Shown: positions 24,780-36,434 of the stretch, one piece after another
Layout of the letters: each line of letters opens with the position of its first letter
Position numbering within the stretch: the first letter of the stretch is position 1
Assembly (NCBI RefSeq): GCF_006345805.1
Contig: NC_043021.1
Coordinates: forward strand, 13,268,001 to 13,332,000
Source: Octopus sinensis
Taxonomy: Eukaryota
Direction: 5' to 3'
Length of the DNA: 64,000 nucleotides
Made by a program: the position numbers and the translations under genes
Notes under the pieces: model-generated
Told to the model about the DNA's origin: nothing
Database searches by the model: none
What the model saw: only the letters and a program-made list of their open reading frames with translations

Positions 24780-24991
24780 TTGCCCATACATACCAGCATT
24801 CCCTCTCCACCCCACCACTATTATCCTAGAGAAAGGCAGAAGGGCAGATATGGATTGGCACCACTGTCATCACAACTCATTTCTACAGCTTGATGAACTG
24901 AAATAAAGTTGAGCTGCTCAAGAACACATCACACAGCCTGGTCTGGGAATTGAACTCACTACCTCATGGTTATGACCCCGATACTCTAACC

Positions 24992-25192
24992 CAGTGGTTT
25001 TCAACCAGGGTTCCGCCAGTACAGTGCAGGGGTTCCGCAAGAAGTTACAAAAATGCTAGAATCGACAGTAATTTTTAATTCTCTTGTGCAGATATGTGTG
25101 CATAAGACAATTAAATTATTGCACAGGGGTTCCTCGAGCCAGTGAAATGTTTTCTTGGGGTTCCGCTCCAGCAAAAAGGTTGAAAAGCACTG
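24992..25192. mobile_element. hAT MITE (201 bp) with perfect 8-bp TSD
   Basis: TIRs CAGTGGTTTTCAACC and GGTTGAAAAGCACTG (14/15 match); TSD CTCTAACC at 24984-24991 and 25193-25200. Confidence 0.92.
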
Positions 25193-25301
25193 CTCTAACC
25201 AATGAGATATAGTTCAGTGGTTAGAGCTATATATATGTATACACACATGCATGCACCCATGATGGGTCTCTTTCAGTTTCCGCCTACCAAATCCACACAC
25301 A

Positions 25302-25485
25302 AGTGACCTGAACAATAACAATAATAATAATGATGATAATAATAACATCGAAAAATACCTAAGGAATGAGAAGCCAGGTTTGAAATTTCCCCAAGACACC
25401 TGAAGAAGGCTGGAGGGTATATCAGCCGAAATGTTGTGTTAACAACAAACAGGATGAGGGCAAATATCCGTCAAATGTAAATAAG
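25302..25485 (+). mobile_element. Short element with a Penelope-type hammerhead-like motif (5'-truncated copy)
   Basis: Highly similar to 31905-32085; contains the motif at 25395-25440. Confidence 0.7.
25395..25440 (+). ncRNA. Minimal type I hammerhead ribozyme-like motif
   Basis: GACAC / CTGAAGA A / GGCTG-GAGGGTATAT-CAGCC / GAAA TG TT / GTGTT: stem I GACAC:GUGUU, core CUGANGA and GAAA, 5-bp stem II. Activity untested. Confidence 0.6.
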
Positions 25486-26879
25486 ACATAAAAAGATAGA
25501 TACAAATATTGATGGGTAAATGTATAAAGACAGATAGGTAGGAAGGAAGAGAGAGATACAATCATATACAGGTAGATATAGACAGACGGCTTTTGGTAGA
25601 TACAGGAGACAAGCAGGTAAGAATATAAACGTGTGTCTGCCACCCCAACATCGCTTGACAACCGATGCTGGTGTGTTTACGTCCCCGTAACTTAGCAGTT
25701 CAGCAAAAGAGCATGATAGAATAAGGGCAGAAATTAAGACTACGTACACCACCCGTTTTCGGCGCAACAAAAACCCTAACCTTAAACACCAGGTGCCCGT
25801 ATTCTTTACTTTCGCCAGAATAAGTACTAACTAAGGCTTACAAAGAATAAGTCCTGGGGTCGATTTGCTCGACTAAAGGCGGTGCTCCAGCATGGCCGCA
25901 GTCAAATGGCTGGAGCAAATAACAGAATAAAAGAGACTGAGAGACAGATGTACAGATAGGTAAACAGTTGTATAAACGGACAATAATTTAAATATATATT
26001 AGATGACACATATACACGAATTCAGGTAGGTAGACAGAAAATTTGTTAAAATGAACTAGGATTAATTTTTACAAGCTAAGGGTTAACAGCGACTTCCCGG
26101 TCTCGGCGAAGCTGAGCATTGGGGAAATTTCGAAGTCACTATCAACGTGTTTCGTTCTAAAATGTGATATTCTACACCAGTGCCCCACAACCTTTTTTTC
26201 ACTTGTGGAACGCCCCCCCTCCTTCCGGACCAATTCCGAACCAAAATATGGGATTTGCAGCATATTAGGAGGTCAGGGCACTTGATTCCACGCAAAAAAT
26301 CCGAGTTTTTTTTTTTATTAGTGAAAATCGTGTAATTTTACCGATTCTTTTCAAAATTCGGCGGCACACCTGAACTAGAAATATAGGGGAAAAAAATTAT
26401 ATCCAGGTGACACTGCGGCACAATTAGCATCGTCTCGTGACACACAAGTGTGCCGCAACATATCGGATGCGGAGCACCGCTCTACGTGCGTGTTTTAACG
26501 CTTGATTTCACGTTAAGTTATAATAAAAACAATTTTACGTTAAGCTGAAGGATTATTCGATACTTTTGCAGAATGCAAATTTATTATTCTTTAACAAGAA
26601 TAGTAATGACAGTAAACGGAGACTACATCATGTGAAGAGCATTGTCGGCCGAAACTTCGAAGTACTTGTCAATATGATTCTTGTTAGGGAATATTACGGC
26701 ATCAAAGCTGCAAAATTATCGCAAAACTGTTATTCAGAGGTTCACGTTCGTCGGACAGTTTTGTGTGTGCATGCGTATATATATATATATATATTATATA
26801 TATATATATATATTTAATCCAAACGGGGAACAAAAAACAACAACAATGGAACAATTACAGTATTATTATTAATAGGCGC

Positions 26880-27045
26880 TCAGGAAATGGAAGCATATGC
26901 ATATATGTATATATATATGCATATATGTATATATACATGCATATATGTATATATACATGCATATATGTATATATATACATGCATATATGTATATATACAT
27001 GTATATATACATGCATATATATATGTATATATACATGCATATAAG
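26880..27045. repeat. AT-rich minisatellite (GCATATATGTATATATACAT-like units)
   Basis: Seen directly. Confidence 0.9.
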
Positions 27046-27317
27046 GGTACAGGACATAAAAAAACGTTGAAGACAATGAGAAACGAAAACAAATATATAC
27101 GTAGGTATGTACATATATGTATGTACATATTTTTTTTTTTTTTTATCTAGTTTCAGCTCACGAGCTGTGGCCATGCTGGGCATATATTTATATATTATTT
27201 ATATTATTATATGATCGTACGCCACGCAACCTTTTCCATATATATATATATGGCGAAGTTTCGCATGTCGTAGCTCAGATTTCCGTCGATTTCCGTAAAA
27301 AACTTTTATTTTTTTAC

Positions 27318-27359
<42 letters not shown>

Positions 27360-27368
27360 ATCTAATTT

Positions 27369-27413
<45 letters not shown>

Positions 27414-27424
27414 TATATACACAC

Positions 27425-27625
27425 ACGAGTGATTACTTAAAAGTTCCTGGCTTTAAAAGTGTCGCGAAAGGCCCGGTTACAGGACCACCTTCCGAGGATT
27501 AGAAAGGGCTTAAAATGACTGAAGGACTGCTACAATGAGTGTGAAAGTGAGAGGGGAACATGTTGAATAAAATCATAATTAACTGGTTCTCCTGTATTTT
27601 CTTTTACCCAAAAGCTAGGAATATT
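27425..27625 (+). mobile_element. Mariner-derived MITE, degraded
   Basis: Left end ACGAGTGATTACTTAAAAGTTCCTGGCTT, right remnant AAGCTAGGAA; internal VKVRGEHVE* resembles mariner C-termini. Confidence 0.5.
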
Positions 27626-28416
27626 GAACAATTTTTCAGTTAATGCCTGAATGTTTTTGATTGTATAATTAATTATACAAAAAAAAAAAAGACATTAAAT
27701 AATGCAGAATATGAGATATAAAAATAGATATATATCCCACAGTGTGGGACGAAAAGAGAAAAAGAAAACAAAATAAATAGACTCACCACCACTAGTAATT
27801 AACTTGCTAGGGAGAATGTTTCAGAACGTGTGTATGTATAGGCGTTAATTAAGTTTTGATATTAATTGAAATATATTAAAAAAAGATCCTGAGCAGTAAT
27901 TGCTTTCGTCCTCTGTTTGTGTAGGTGTTAATTCAAAATTCAACGATTTTTTTAACCTATGAAGTGAAACGGTTTACACCGACGGGAGGCAGAAGAAACA
28001 ATAGACTTGGTTGCCTGATTGACAAGACAGAAATCAGTTGAGACGACACGAAATCAACCTGAATGAAATTAGGAGGGGAGAGAGAGAGAGAGAAGAGAGC
28101 AAATGGGTGAGTGGTAGAGGGGAAAGATCAAGCGACCGAGAGAGAGAGAGAGGGAAGGAAGAAGGGGAGGGGGTTAGCGGAAGAGAAAGATCTTCTCTGA
28201 TTAATCCCAACAGCAATATATGTATTTAAGGAGGCAGGTGTTAAGTGCACTCTACTGCAAGCGTGCCAAGGACGAGGCTGTTCAAAGGCAGCTTTGCTTC
28301 GATCTTATTGGAAAAATTTTAAATAGCCCCCCTCCCATCCACCTACCACCACCATTCCACTCACTATCTCTCTCTCCCCCCCCCCCACATATATATATTG
28401 AATAAAATGCACTCCA

Positions 28417-29128
28417 TTGATTAGTACACAACTGGTACTTATTTTATCGACCCCGAAAATTTGAAAGGCAAAGTGAACCTCAGCAGAATTTGAACTCAGA
28501 ATGTACCAACAGACAAAATACTGCTAACAATTCTGCCCAGTGAGCTAACAATTCTGCCAGCTCCTTTTTATTATAGGCACAAAGTCTGAAATTTGGGGGA
28601 AGGGGGATGGCCAAATACATCAACCCCAGTACTCAACTAGTACTTAGTTTATCGACTCCGAAAGGATGAAAGGTAAAGTCAACCTCGGCAGAATTTGAAC
28701 TCAGACTGTAGTGCCTTATTACAACAACAATAATAATAATAATAATAATAATAATAATCCTTTCTACTATAGGTACAAGGCCTGAAATTTGGGGGAAGGG
28801 GGACAGTTGATTAGTACACAACTGGTACTTATTTTATCGACCCCGAAAATTTGAAAGGCAAAGTGAACCTCAGCAGAATTTGAACTCAGAATGTACCAAC
28901 AGACAAAATACTGCTAACAATTCTGCCCATTGAGCTAACAATTCTGCCAGCTCCTTTTTATTATAGGCACAAAGTCTGAAATTTGGGGGAAGGGGGATGG
29001 CCAAATACATCAACCCCAGTACTCAACTAGTACTTAGTTTATCGACTCCGAAAGGATGAAAGGTAAAGTCAACCTCGGCAGAATTTGAACTCAGACTGTA
29101 GTGCCTTATTACAACAACAACAACAATA

Positions 29129-29168
<40 letters not shown>

Positions 29169-29205
29169 CCTTTCTACTATAGGCACAAGACCTGAAATTT
29201 TGGGG
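28417..29205. repeat. Near-identical 390-bp tandem duplication of a SINE B composite
   Basis: TTGATTAGTACACAACTGG at 28417 and 28807; copies differ by about one substitution and (AAC/AAT)n length. Confidence 0.9.
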
Positions 29206-30204
29206 GAGGGGACTAGTCGATTACTAGTCAACCCCAGTATTTCATTGGTACTTAATTTATCGATCCCAAAAGCATGAAAGGCAAAGTTGACCTCGACAAA
29301 ATTTGAACTCAAAAAGTAGGGAGAAGCGAAGTACCAATAATCATTTTGTTCAGCGTGCTAATGATTCTGCCAGCCCACCACCTTAATAATAATAATAATA
29401 ATAGTAATAATAAGTTGGAGAGCATCATAGCCATGTGTTGAGAGGGATTCTTTGGGATTTGAATAATTCACCTCTGGAAACATGGGTGTTTCGTTCAACA
29501 TCCTTAAACAACCCTTATTCGGGGACCTTTTGAGCAGGATGGGCCACTCGACCAGAAGAAAATTCTAACTGGGCCCCATCTGCAAGGTCATGCGCTGTTT
29601 ATCTTGATATGAGATCACCATGTCGCGCACACATGGTTGTGATGCATGTGCCTGGTGTACCCTTATCAGACGGGTTATCATGATGGGTATACTGGGCTTC
29701 GTATATTTTACCCCAGTATCACTTTGATGGCATGTACTGCTCTCTCACTCAATAATAATAATAATAATGGTTTCAAATTTTAGCACAAGGCCAGAAATTT
29801 CAGGGGAGAGGGTAAATCAATTACATCTGCCCAAGTGCTTAAATGATGCTTATTTTATTGACCCTGAAAGAATGAGAGGCATAGTTGACATCAGTGAAAT
29901 TTGAACACAGAATGTATGTTCATATAGATACAGCCTCTTATAAGCTCAGCCATACACACACAGAAGCATGTATATACAAACATACACATTATGTACCCGG
30001 ACTCACTCTATGCATGTACAGACAACACAGTCATATGCAAAGTTATTAACACAGACTACGAAAGAGACAAAAGCCACTGGAGTTGTTGCCATCAAAATTC
30101 TGGTCCTTTGCCCAACATATTTTGGCTAATTTTCAAACACATAACATAAATTAAAAATATAATATAAAAAAATATATAAACAAAATAATAAAAAAGAGAA
30201 AACT

Positions 30205-30434
30205 AGATAGAGATAGATAGACAGACCGATAGATCGATAGACCAACAGATAGATCGATAGCCAGATAGATAGACAGACAGATAGATAGATTGGATAGATA
30301 GACTGACAGAGAGATCGATAGATAGACAGACAGATAGATCGATAGATAGATAGATAGATCAATAGATTGATAGACCAACAGATAGATCGATAGATAGATA
30401 GATTGGATCGGCAGATAGACAGAAAGACAGACAC

Positions 30435-30502
<68 letters not shown>

Positions 30503-30575
30503 TAGATAGACAGGTAAATTAGATAGACAGAAATGTGTGTGTGTGTGTGTGGATAGATAGATAGATAGATAGATA
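30205..30575. repeat. (GATA)n/(GACA)n microsatellite block
   Basis: Seen directly. Confidence 0.95.
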
Positions 30576-31170
30576 TGCACATATACCACACAAAGAGATA
30601 TAAAATTCCCTCCAATATTAAATGATATTTATATATAAATTTCTACCAAAGTGCTAATGGGATCTTTGAGTCACCCCATCTGCATATAAAGTAGTTGGAC
30701 TTCAAAAGTCTTTTCCACTTCTACGCAGTAATTTTTACTTTTTAAGAACTTCTGAAGAACCCCTGCCTACACACTCATTCCTACTCACACACATGCATTA
30801 TAATTCTCTGAAGATTTTGGCAGCACTAAAATAATAATAATTTATAATAATTAATAATAGTTCTTTTGTTACTATCATTCAAATTATCATTATCATCACC
30901 ACCATCATCATCATTATTGTTATTATTACCATTTAAGGCAGCAAGCTGGCAGAATTGTTAGCAAGCCAGGCAAAAATGTCTAGCGGTATTTTGTTGTCTT
31001 CACATTCTGAGTTCAAATTCTGCCAAGGTTGACTTTGCCTTTCATCTTTTTGGGGCTGATAAATTAAGTACCAGTGAAACATTGGGGTTGGTGTAATCAA
31101 CTAGTCTCCTCCCTAGAAATTCGAGGCCTTGTGTCTCCAGTAGAAAGGATTATTATTATTTATTATTATT

Positions 31171-31395
31171 CCTTTCATTACCAACCCGATTGAAGCCAGC
31201 TCTGGTTCTGTAGTACAAATCTCTTGTTTTTCATAAGCCCTGAATTAAAATTTCCCACCAAACCTTAGTCACAATTAATGCTCCTAACACTAGCTTAACG
31301 ATAACTAGGTTATCTTATTAAATTCTTTGTTATATTTAAAATAATTGAGAGAAAAACAAAGTATTTCAAAATAAATACAATAATGAAGGGGTCAA
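31171..31395. mobile_element. piggyBac-like MITE, near full length
   Basis: Ends CCTTTCATTACC and AATAATGAAGGGGTCAA are degenerate versions of TTAACCCTTT...AAAGGGTTAA. Confidence 0.6.
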
Positions 31396-31600
31396 AGGTG
31401 GTGAGCTGGTCAAAACGCTTAGCAGTATTTTGACTGTTGCTACATTCTGAGTTCAAATTCCACCGAGGTTGACTTTGTCTTTCATCCTTTCAGGTTTGAT
31501 AAAATAAGGACCAGTTGAACACTGGGGTCAATGTAATCGACTCATCCCTTTCCCCAAAATGGTTGCCCCTGTGCCAAAATTTGAAACCGTTCCCTTTTGA

Positions 31601-31850
31601 CCAGGCTCCCGTTGGCTTTTATGGAGTTTTTTCCACCAGGAACCTTTCGAAGCGCCTCCCCCTATTCGGAGATTTTCATTGTTACAATCTTTCGTTGTTA
31701 AACAGTTTTTACTCGAATTTTTTCAAAAGCGGACAAAACCCTTTGTAACCTTTCGTCCTGTTTTGTTCCTTTATGTTTACTAATCATGTGTGTCAGCCCT
31801 TGTGGCCAATAAAAAGAATTAATTATTATTATTATTATCATCATTATTAT
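31601..31850 (+). mobile_element. L1/Tx1-like LINE 3' UTR fragment
   Basis: Similar to 35093-35280; ends TGTGGCCAATAAAAAGAATT followed by (ATT)n. Confidence 0.65.
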
Positions 31851-32085
31851 TAATGGTAAGAGTGCGGGCTACTAACCCCATGATTCCGAGTTCGATTCCA
31901 AGCAGTGACCTGAACACTAATAATAACAATAATAATAACATCGTAAAATACCTCAGGAATGAGAACCCAGGTTTTAAATTTCCCCAAGACACCCGAAGAA
32001 GGCTGGAGGGCATATCAGCCGAAATGTTGTGTTAACAACAAACAGGATGAGGGCAAATATCTGCCAAATATAAATAATGTACAAG
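31851..32085 (+). mobile_element. tRNA-headed SINE-like element with a hammerhead-like 3' region
   Basis: A-box remnant TAATGGTAAGAG, B box GAGTTCGATTCC (31888-31899), (AAT)n linker, then motif GACAC CCGAAGA A GGCTG...CAGCC GAAATGTT GTGTT (31988-32033). Confidence 0.7.
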
Positions 32086-32273
32086 ATATGAGTGTTCAGC
32101 TTTTTGCTGGAATGGCTGTGTGGTAAGTAGCTTGCTTACCAACCACACGGTTCCGGGGTCAGTCCCACTGCGTGGCACCTTGGGCAAGTGTCTTCTACTA
32201 TAGCCTCAGGACGACCAAAGCCTTGTGAGTGGATTTGGTAGACGGAAACTGAAAGAAGCCCGTCGTATATATG

Positions 32274-32314
<41 letters not shown>

Positions 32315-32407
32315 TCATCATCATCATCATCATCGTTTAGCGTCCGTTTTCCATGCTAGCATGGGTTGGACGGTTCTACTGGGGTCTGTGAAGCCAGAAG
32401 GCTTCAT

Positions 32408-32695
32408 CCCAGGACTTATTCTTTGGGAGCCTAGTACTTTTTCTATCAGTCTCTTTTGCCGAACTGCTAAGTTACGGGGATGTAAACACACCACCATCGG
32501 TTGTCAAGCAATGGTGGGGGGGCAAACACAGACACACAAACATATGCATGTGTATATGTTTGTGTGTCTGTGTTTGCCCCTCCCCCCAACATCGCTTGAC
32601 AACTGATGCTGGTGTGTTTACATTCCCATAACTTAGCGGTTCGGCAAAAGAGACTGATAGAAAAAGTACTAGGCTCCCAAAGAATAAGTCCTGGG
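32408..32695. repeat. Inverted duplication of the SINE A 3' half (8-bp spacer)
   Basis: Outer 57 bp and inner 24 bp of the arms are identical; about 8 mismatches lie between. Confidence 0.9.
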
Positions 32696-33378
32696 GTCGA
32701 TTTGTTCGACTAAAAGGCAGTGCTCCAGTATGACCGCAGTCAAATGACTGAAACAAGTAAAAGAGAGTAAATAATTTGTCTATAGTGACCAAATCTATAT
32801 GCTGTACATTAGCCTGCTCTCTCCATCAAATCGCCATTGCCTTTACAGGGCGCATAGTGCATACAATGCATCAGATGTTGAAGCGATCGCAAAGCAGCAC
32901 GAGATAAAGTGTTATGCTCATAATAATAATTTATGCAAATGCGGGCACACAACTATAAATTCAAAAAAAAAAAAAAAAGGGTTGTAGTTGTCTGACTAAG
33001 CAGAATCTGTTAATTTACTGGAACTCCTTTCTATTGATCCCAGAAAGATGAGAGCCAAAGTCGAACCCCAGTGGAATTTGAAATTGGAATATAAAAACGA
33101 AACCTGATTAAATATCACAAAGGCATGCTGTTTGGGTTTGGCACCTTACCAATTCTGCTGGCTGGCTTTGACAAAAAGCCATATCAATTTTTAAAGGGAA
33201 TGAGGTACATAGAATATATATATATATATATATATACACAGATATAGGGTGAAATATAATTAATTTAATAAAATCAATAAATTTCACCTCGTAGTATTTC
33301 GGTATGGAAAAGGACCATATTCGGTAAAAATTTATATAATTATAATAATAAGGGTTTTTTGCAACAAGTTGCTTAAAC

Positions 33379-33438
<60 letters not shown>

Positions 33439-34574
33439 TGAGCTGTACTTCTATAACAAGCAGACAAATTGATTATCAAACCAACAAGGCGCCTGCTGGA
33501 AAAATAGCAGCTAAATCTCCCTCTAATCAAACCCAAAAATCTTAAAAAGATAAAAGGACATACACATAGGTAGGAATCTCCATGTGGTCTCTTATGTTTT
33601 TAGAAACAGTAGCCACATCATACGTAAAACATAGCCTATTGTGTTAAGAAATAAACAAAAAACAGGAAGGACCCATTGGATGCTATGAATTCTTAACCTG
33701 TCCACAACTGGAAAAGAAAAAAACAAACACAACGATGGTGAGGTCGAGTCTGGAGGGCTTTTCATTATAACTCTAATCAATCAGGACTGAACTGGAGCTG
33801 AAGGGCATACAGAACAATATAGATACTGATTTCAAATTTTGGCACAAGGCCAGCAATTTCATGGGAGGGAGTAAGTCGATTACATTGTCCTTAGTATTCA
33901 ACTGGTCGTTATTTTATCAACCCCAAAAGGATGAAACACAAAGTTGATCTCAGTGGAATTTGAACTCAGAGTATATAAAGACAGATGAAATGCTGCTAAG
34001 CATTTTACCTGGTGTGCTAACAGTTCTGCCAGTTCGGCAGAAAGAATGAGATGATCAAGTATCATGTATATCTGCTTGACCAGTGCTGACCTGGGGTTAA
34101 ACGAAAACTATTGATTTTTACTGGATGTGGAGATATGTAAATAAAGAGGTGGGGTGTGGGGTGAGAAGTGGGGATTATAGTCAATTGAATTGAACTTTGA
34201 TAGTGGAATGATTTTTTTATTTTATTGATCTAACAATGATGAAAGGAAAACAGGGTTTCCACCTGACTGGTGCAGAGTCACCCACTGACGCACTCAAAAA
34301 AAAAAAAAGCTCCAGTCCACAAGTGAAACAGAGAAACCACTTTATGGTAGCCCTACCTGCTAGATATACCAGCCAAATATCATTCAAATCACACAACATA
34401 TTGAAATTCCAGTACAATCATTAACTTGTTGTTTATCTAGCTCTAGGTTGTCAGCTCTGATAAAGCAGATATATAAGTAAAAGCACTCCAATCCTGACTG
34501 TCCCAACTGTAGAGTGTGATCTGAGGGAGATTGTGGATAACAATGTTTCTTTTAACTATTTTATTATTATTATG

Positions 34575-34783
34575 CCAGACTCCTCTGGCCCTGGTGCCGG
34601 TGGTACATAAAAAGCACCCACTACACTCACAGAGTGGTTGGCGTTAGGAAGGGCATCCAGCTGTAGAAACACTGCCAGATCAGACTGGAGCCTGGTGCAG
34701 CCTCCTGGCTTCCCAGACCCCGGTCAAACCGTCCGAACCATGCTGGCATGGAAAACGGACGTTAAACAATGATGATGATGATG
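34575..34783 (+). mobile_element. SINE family C
   Basis: GTGGTTGGCGTTAGGAAGGGCATCCAGCTGTAG...GGACGTTAAACAAT(GAT)n. Confidence 0.85.
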
Positions 34784-35280
34784 AAGATTGTCCTGCTGGC
34801 CTCCTTTAACTGGGAGGGGCAGGCAATTTTTATTTGTCTGGTGGCTGTAGCAAAAGAGGTAGTGTGGTGGACTCGTTTGAAAGAGCTACAATTAGACACT
34901 TTCCTCTTTGGCCAAACCTTCATCAACTTTTCCAAGTTTCACTTGAAAAGCTAAGTGAGAGTGGAGAGGCAAGTGTTGTCTTCTAGCAAATCTGTTGAAA
35001 GGTGGGTGAATGTTGCAAAAATGGCCCATGTGAATGGACCAATTCTGAGAATATACCTGTAAAAAGAATAAAAGGGCTCTTGCGCTGCTGATCAGGCACC
35101 CATGGCTTTTGTGGGGTTTTCCACAAGTAACCTTTAAAGTGCCTCCCCCTATTGGGAGTTTTACTTGTTACCTTTTTGTTATTTAAAGTTTACACATATG
35201 TGAAAACCCTTTGCATCATCTTGTGTTGTCCTTTACACATAATTGTGGCCAATTAAAGAATAAATTATTATTATTATATT
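34784..35280 (+). pseudogene. L1/Tx1-like LINE: ORF2 C-terminus (34784-35062, one in-frame stop) plus 3' UTR and (ATT)n tail
   Basis: KIVLLASFNWEGQAIFICLVAVAKEVVWWTRLKEL...FHLKS*VRVERQVLSSSKSVERWVNVAKMAHVNGPILRIYL* resembles L1/Tx1 C-termini (recognition, not a search). Confidence 0.7.
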
Positions 35281-35460
35281 TGTTGAAGGTGACAAGCTGT
35301 TACAATCACTAGCAGGCCAGGCAAAATGCTTAGGGGTCATTTTGTTTGTCTTTATGTTCTGGGTTCAAATTCTGCCATGGTGGACTTTTGCCTTTCGTCA
35401 TGTTGTAATGGAGAAAAACACAAGAGAACTATTATAATAGATATTGTTATTATTATTATT

Positions 35461-35513
35461 ATAGCGCAAGACTCTTAATCTCAGGGTCATGGGTTCATTC
35501 CTCACATTGGACA
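35461..35513 (+). pseudogene. tRNA-Lys(CTT)-derived fragment, 5'-truncated
   Basis: GACTCTTAATCTCAGGGTCATGGGTTC..CCTCACATTGGAC aligns to the 3' two-thirds of canonical tRNA-Lys-CTT; anticodon CTT at 35474-35476; B box mutated; 5' end absent. Confidence 0.75.
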
Positions 35514-36072
35514 GATTTTATAAGGTGGCAAGCTGGCAGAATTGTTTGCACACTGGGCAGAACGCTTAGTGGCATTTTGCCCATCTTTACCTTTTGAGTT
35601 CAAATTCCGCTGAGGTCAACTTTACCATTCATCCTTCCAGGGTCATTGTAATCAATTTAACCCCCCCCCTCCAATTGCTGGCCTTGTGCCAAAATTTGAA
35701 ACCATTATTTAAAGTATAAGTATTATCATCATGATCATTACTTTAGAACTTTGGACTAAGTCACTTCTTGGTGTTCTCGCTGACCATGTCCATCCACTTC
35801 AGTTCTTACATTAGTAATTGTTTTGAAAGGGGGTCAAGCGAGGCCGGCCGCAAGAGCACTGAAGCTTACAAGAGGCCTTGGTCTATTGAAAGAGAGAGAG
35901 AGAGAGAGAGAGAACAGGAAGGAGGGAGGATACAGATGGAGAGAAAGAGATATATCTAATAAGAAGATTAAGTGGTATTATTTATATCCATGAACCAGCA
36001 GAGGGTAATTAGTACACAAGGCTACTAGAACACATGCAAAAACAGCATTATGTATGCGTGCATGTGTGAGTT

Positions 36073-36138
<66 letters not shown>

Positions 36139-36293
36139 TGCATGCTTATATAATATATTCATGTATATACACACACTCACATCATCATTATCATTGAGTT
36201 CAATTTGACTGAACAAACACTGTTCAAAGTACAGCAGTTAGAGTTACCAATAATAATTACCTAAACAAATAAGCCATTGAATTCTTACAACTA

Positions 36294-36434
36294 TAAGGTT
36301 GTCCCAAAAGTTCGTAGAAAGTCTTGGAAAATAATGGTCTTTATTTTGAGGAATAATTTTTGTTGTTTTTGTTAGTACTTGGCGAGTAAAAATTCAATTT
36401 TCGCAAGTGTTTACGAACTTTTGGGACAACCTAA
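36294..36434. mobile_element. Tc1/mariner MITE (141 bp, TA TSD)
   Basis: TIRs TAAGGTTGTCCCAAAAGTTCGTA and TACGAACTTTTGGGACAACCTAA; TA at 36292-36293 and 36435-36436. Confidence 0.85.

Noticed and set aside
26069-26817. CpG-rich ORFs of 64-83 aa
   Set aside because: No domain similarity recognised; the region includes a degraded hAT-like end (GTGTGCCGC at about 26450).
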